Source of the DNA: Gammaproteobacteria bacterium
GTDB lineage: Bacteria > Pseudomonadota > Gammaproteobacteria > UBA4575
Direction: 5' to 3'
Length of the DNA: 64,000 nucleotides
NCBI GenBank assembly: GCA_965222615.1
Contig: CBDCUI010000009.1
Span: 800,001-864,000, forward strand
Shown here piece after piece: positions 62,975-64,000 of the stretch; the first letter of the stretch is position 1, and each line of letters starts with the position of its first letter. The notes under the pieces are model-generated. The model was given only the letters and a program-made list of their open reading frames with translations, searched no databases and was not told the origin of the DNA. A program made the translations under genes and the position numbers.

Positions 62975-63862
62975 TTAACTTTGTTTTAATGCTTCAATAC
63001 GCTCACTCAGCGGTGGATGAGACATAAATAACTGCTGAAACCCTTTTTTAACGCCTCCTGAAATTCCAAAAGCAGCAAGTTGTCCAGGAAGATCTTCCGT
63101 CTCGTGTTGTGTCTGTAGTCTTTGCAACGCTGAAATCATTTTTTTACGTCCGGCAAGCTTTGCTCCACCAACATCTGCACGAAACTCCCTACGTCTCGAA
63201 AACCAACTAGCAATGATCAACGCCAAGAACCCTAATATCACCTCGGCAATAATGCTAACAATGAAGTAGCCAGGTCCAAATCCACGTTCTACTTTGAACA
63301 CGGCTTTGTCAACGATAAGCCCAATGACCCGTGAAATAAAAATAACAAAAGTGTTTAACACCCCTTGTAGCAAACCCATAGTAACCATATCGCCATTGGC
63401 TACATGACTTACTTCGTGACCTAACACCGCTTCGACTTCATCACGATGCATAGCCTGTAACAAACCACTACTAACTGCTACCAGGGCATTATTGCGCTGC
63501 ATTCCAGTGGCAAATGCATTGGGTTGTGGAGAGTTAAATACCCCGACTTCTGGCATACCGATACCCGCCTGCTCTGCTTGCCGTTGCACGGTCTCAACTA
63601 GCCACTGCTCAGATGCATTGCTTGGTTGTTCAATTACCTTAACACCCATTGTACGTTTGGCCATCCATTTGGAAATTGCCAATGAAATAAATGACCCCCC
63701 GAAACCAAATAAAAGTGACATGACCAAGAGGCCAGTTAATTGACCAGGCATACCATTTTGTGCCAGCCAGTCGTCTAAGCCAAGAATTCTGGCGGTGAAA
63801 CTCAGAACGATAATGATAGAAAAGTTTGTAAGTAAAAACAGGGCAATACGCGTTCCCATCAA
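62975..63862 (-). CDS. htpX: Membrane zinc protease HtpX
   Basis: PNAFATG, HEVSHVANGDMVT, FSRRREFRAD, SHPPLSERI. Confidence 0.96.
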   Translation of the reverse strand: MMGTRIALFLLTNFSIIIVLSFTARILGLDDWLAQNGMPGQLTGLLVMSLLFGFGGSFISLAISKWMAKRTMGVKVIEQPSNASEQWLVETVQRQAEQAGIGMPEVGVFNSPQPNAFATGMQRNNALVAVSSGLLQAMHRDEVEAVLGHEVSHVANGDMVTMGLLQGVLNTFVIFISRVIGLIVDKAVFKVERGFGPGYFIVSIIAEVILGFLALIIASWFSRRREFRADVGGAKLAGRKKMISALQRLQTQHETEDLPGQLAAFGISGGVKKGFQQLFMSHPPLSERIEALKQS

Positions 63863-64000
63863 TAAAACCTCAAAGTAGTAAGATGATTAGAAGCATCAAT
63901 CTCAACAGCACTTTGTTACAGATTGACTATGATTAGTTATATTGTTAGATATGTGGACAAATTATAAAGTTTCAAGTCTCTTAGTCCTCAGACTCTAAAA

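Overview
AT-rich gammaproteobacterial chromosome segment. Most of it is conserved housekeeping DNA: ppiD-tRNA(Asp,Val)-hupB-lon-clpX-clpP-tig; ppiB-lpxH; purF-cvpA-dedD-folC-accD-trpABF-truA-fimV-asd-leuBDC-aroC; SCO-psd; epmA-efp-epmB; fimW/fimX-like; htpX. A co-oriented tRNA series (Pro-Arg-His-Leu, minus strand) has been spread over about 17.5 kb by accessory DNA. That DNA includes a fatty acyl-AMP ligase-carrier protein fusion beside two paralogous LpxL-family acyltransferases, an AbiEi/AbiEii type IV toxin-antitoxin pair with two palindromic operators, and an integrase-less island at tRNA-Pro (RRM protein, unannotated acidic microprotein, RimB-like protease, rimK, AstE/aspartoacylase-like, mgtE, PP2C). 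A second accessory block (29.9-34.4 kb) is an array of co-oriented genes punctuated by a 26-27 bp hairpin repeat, and one of its genes carries integron-cassette scars. Several non-coding structured repeat families are present, one with compensatory base changes. Best candidates for an undescribed system: (1) the FAAL-ACP plus twin acyltransferase module, an AlmEFG-like lipid A/glycolipid tailoring hypothesis; (2) the hairpin-repeat-delimited gene array. Product calls rest on recognised motifs and synteny; no database searches were run.
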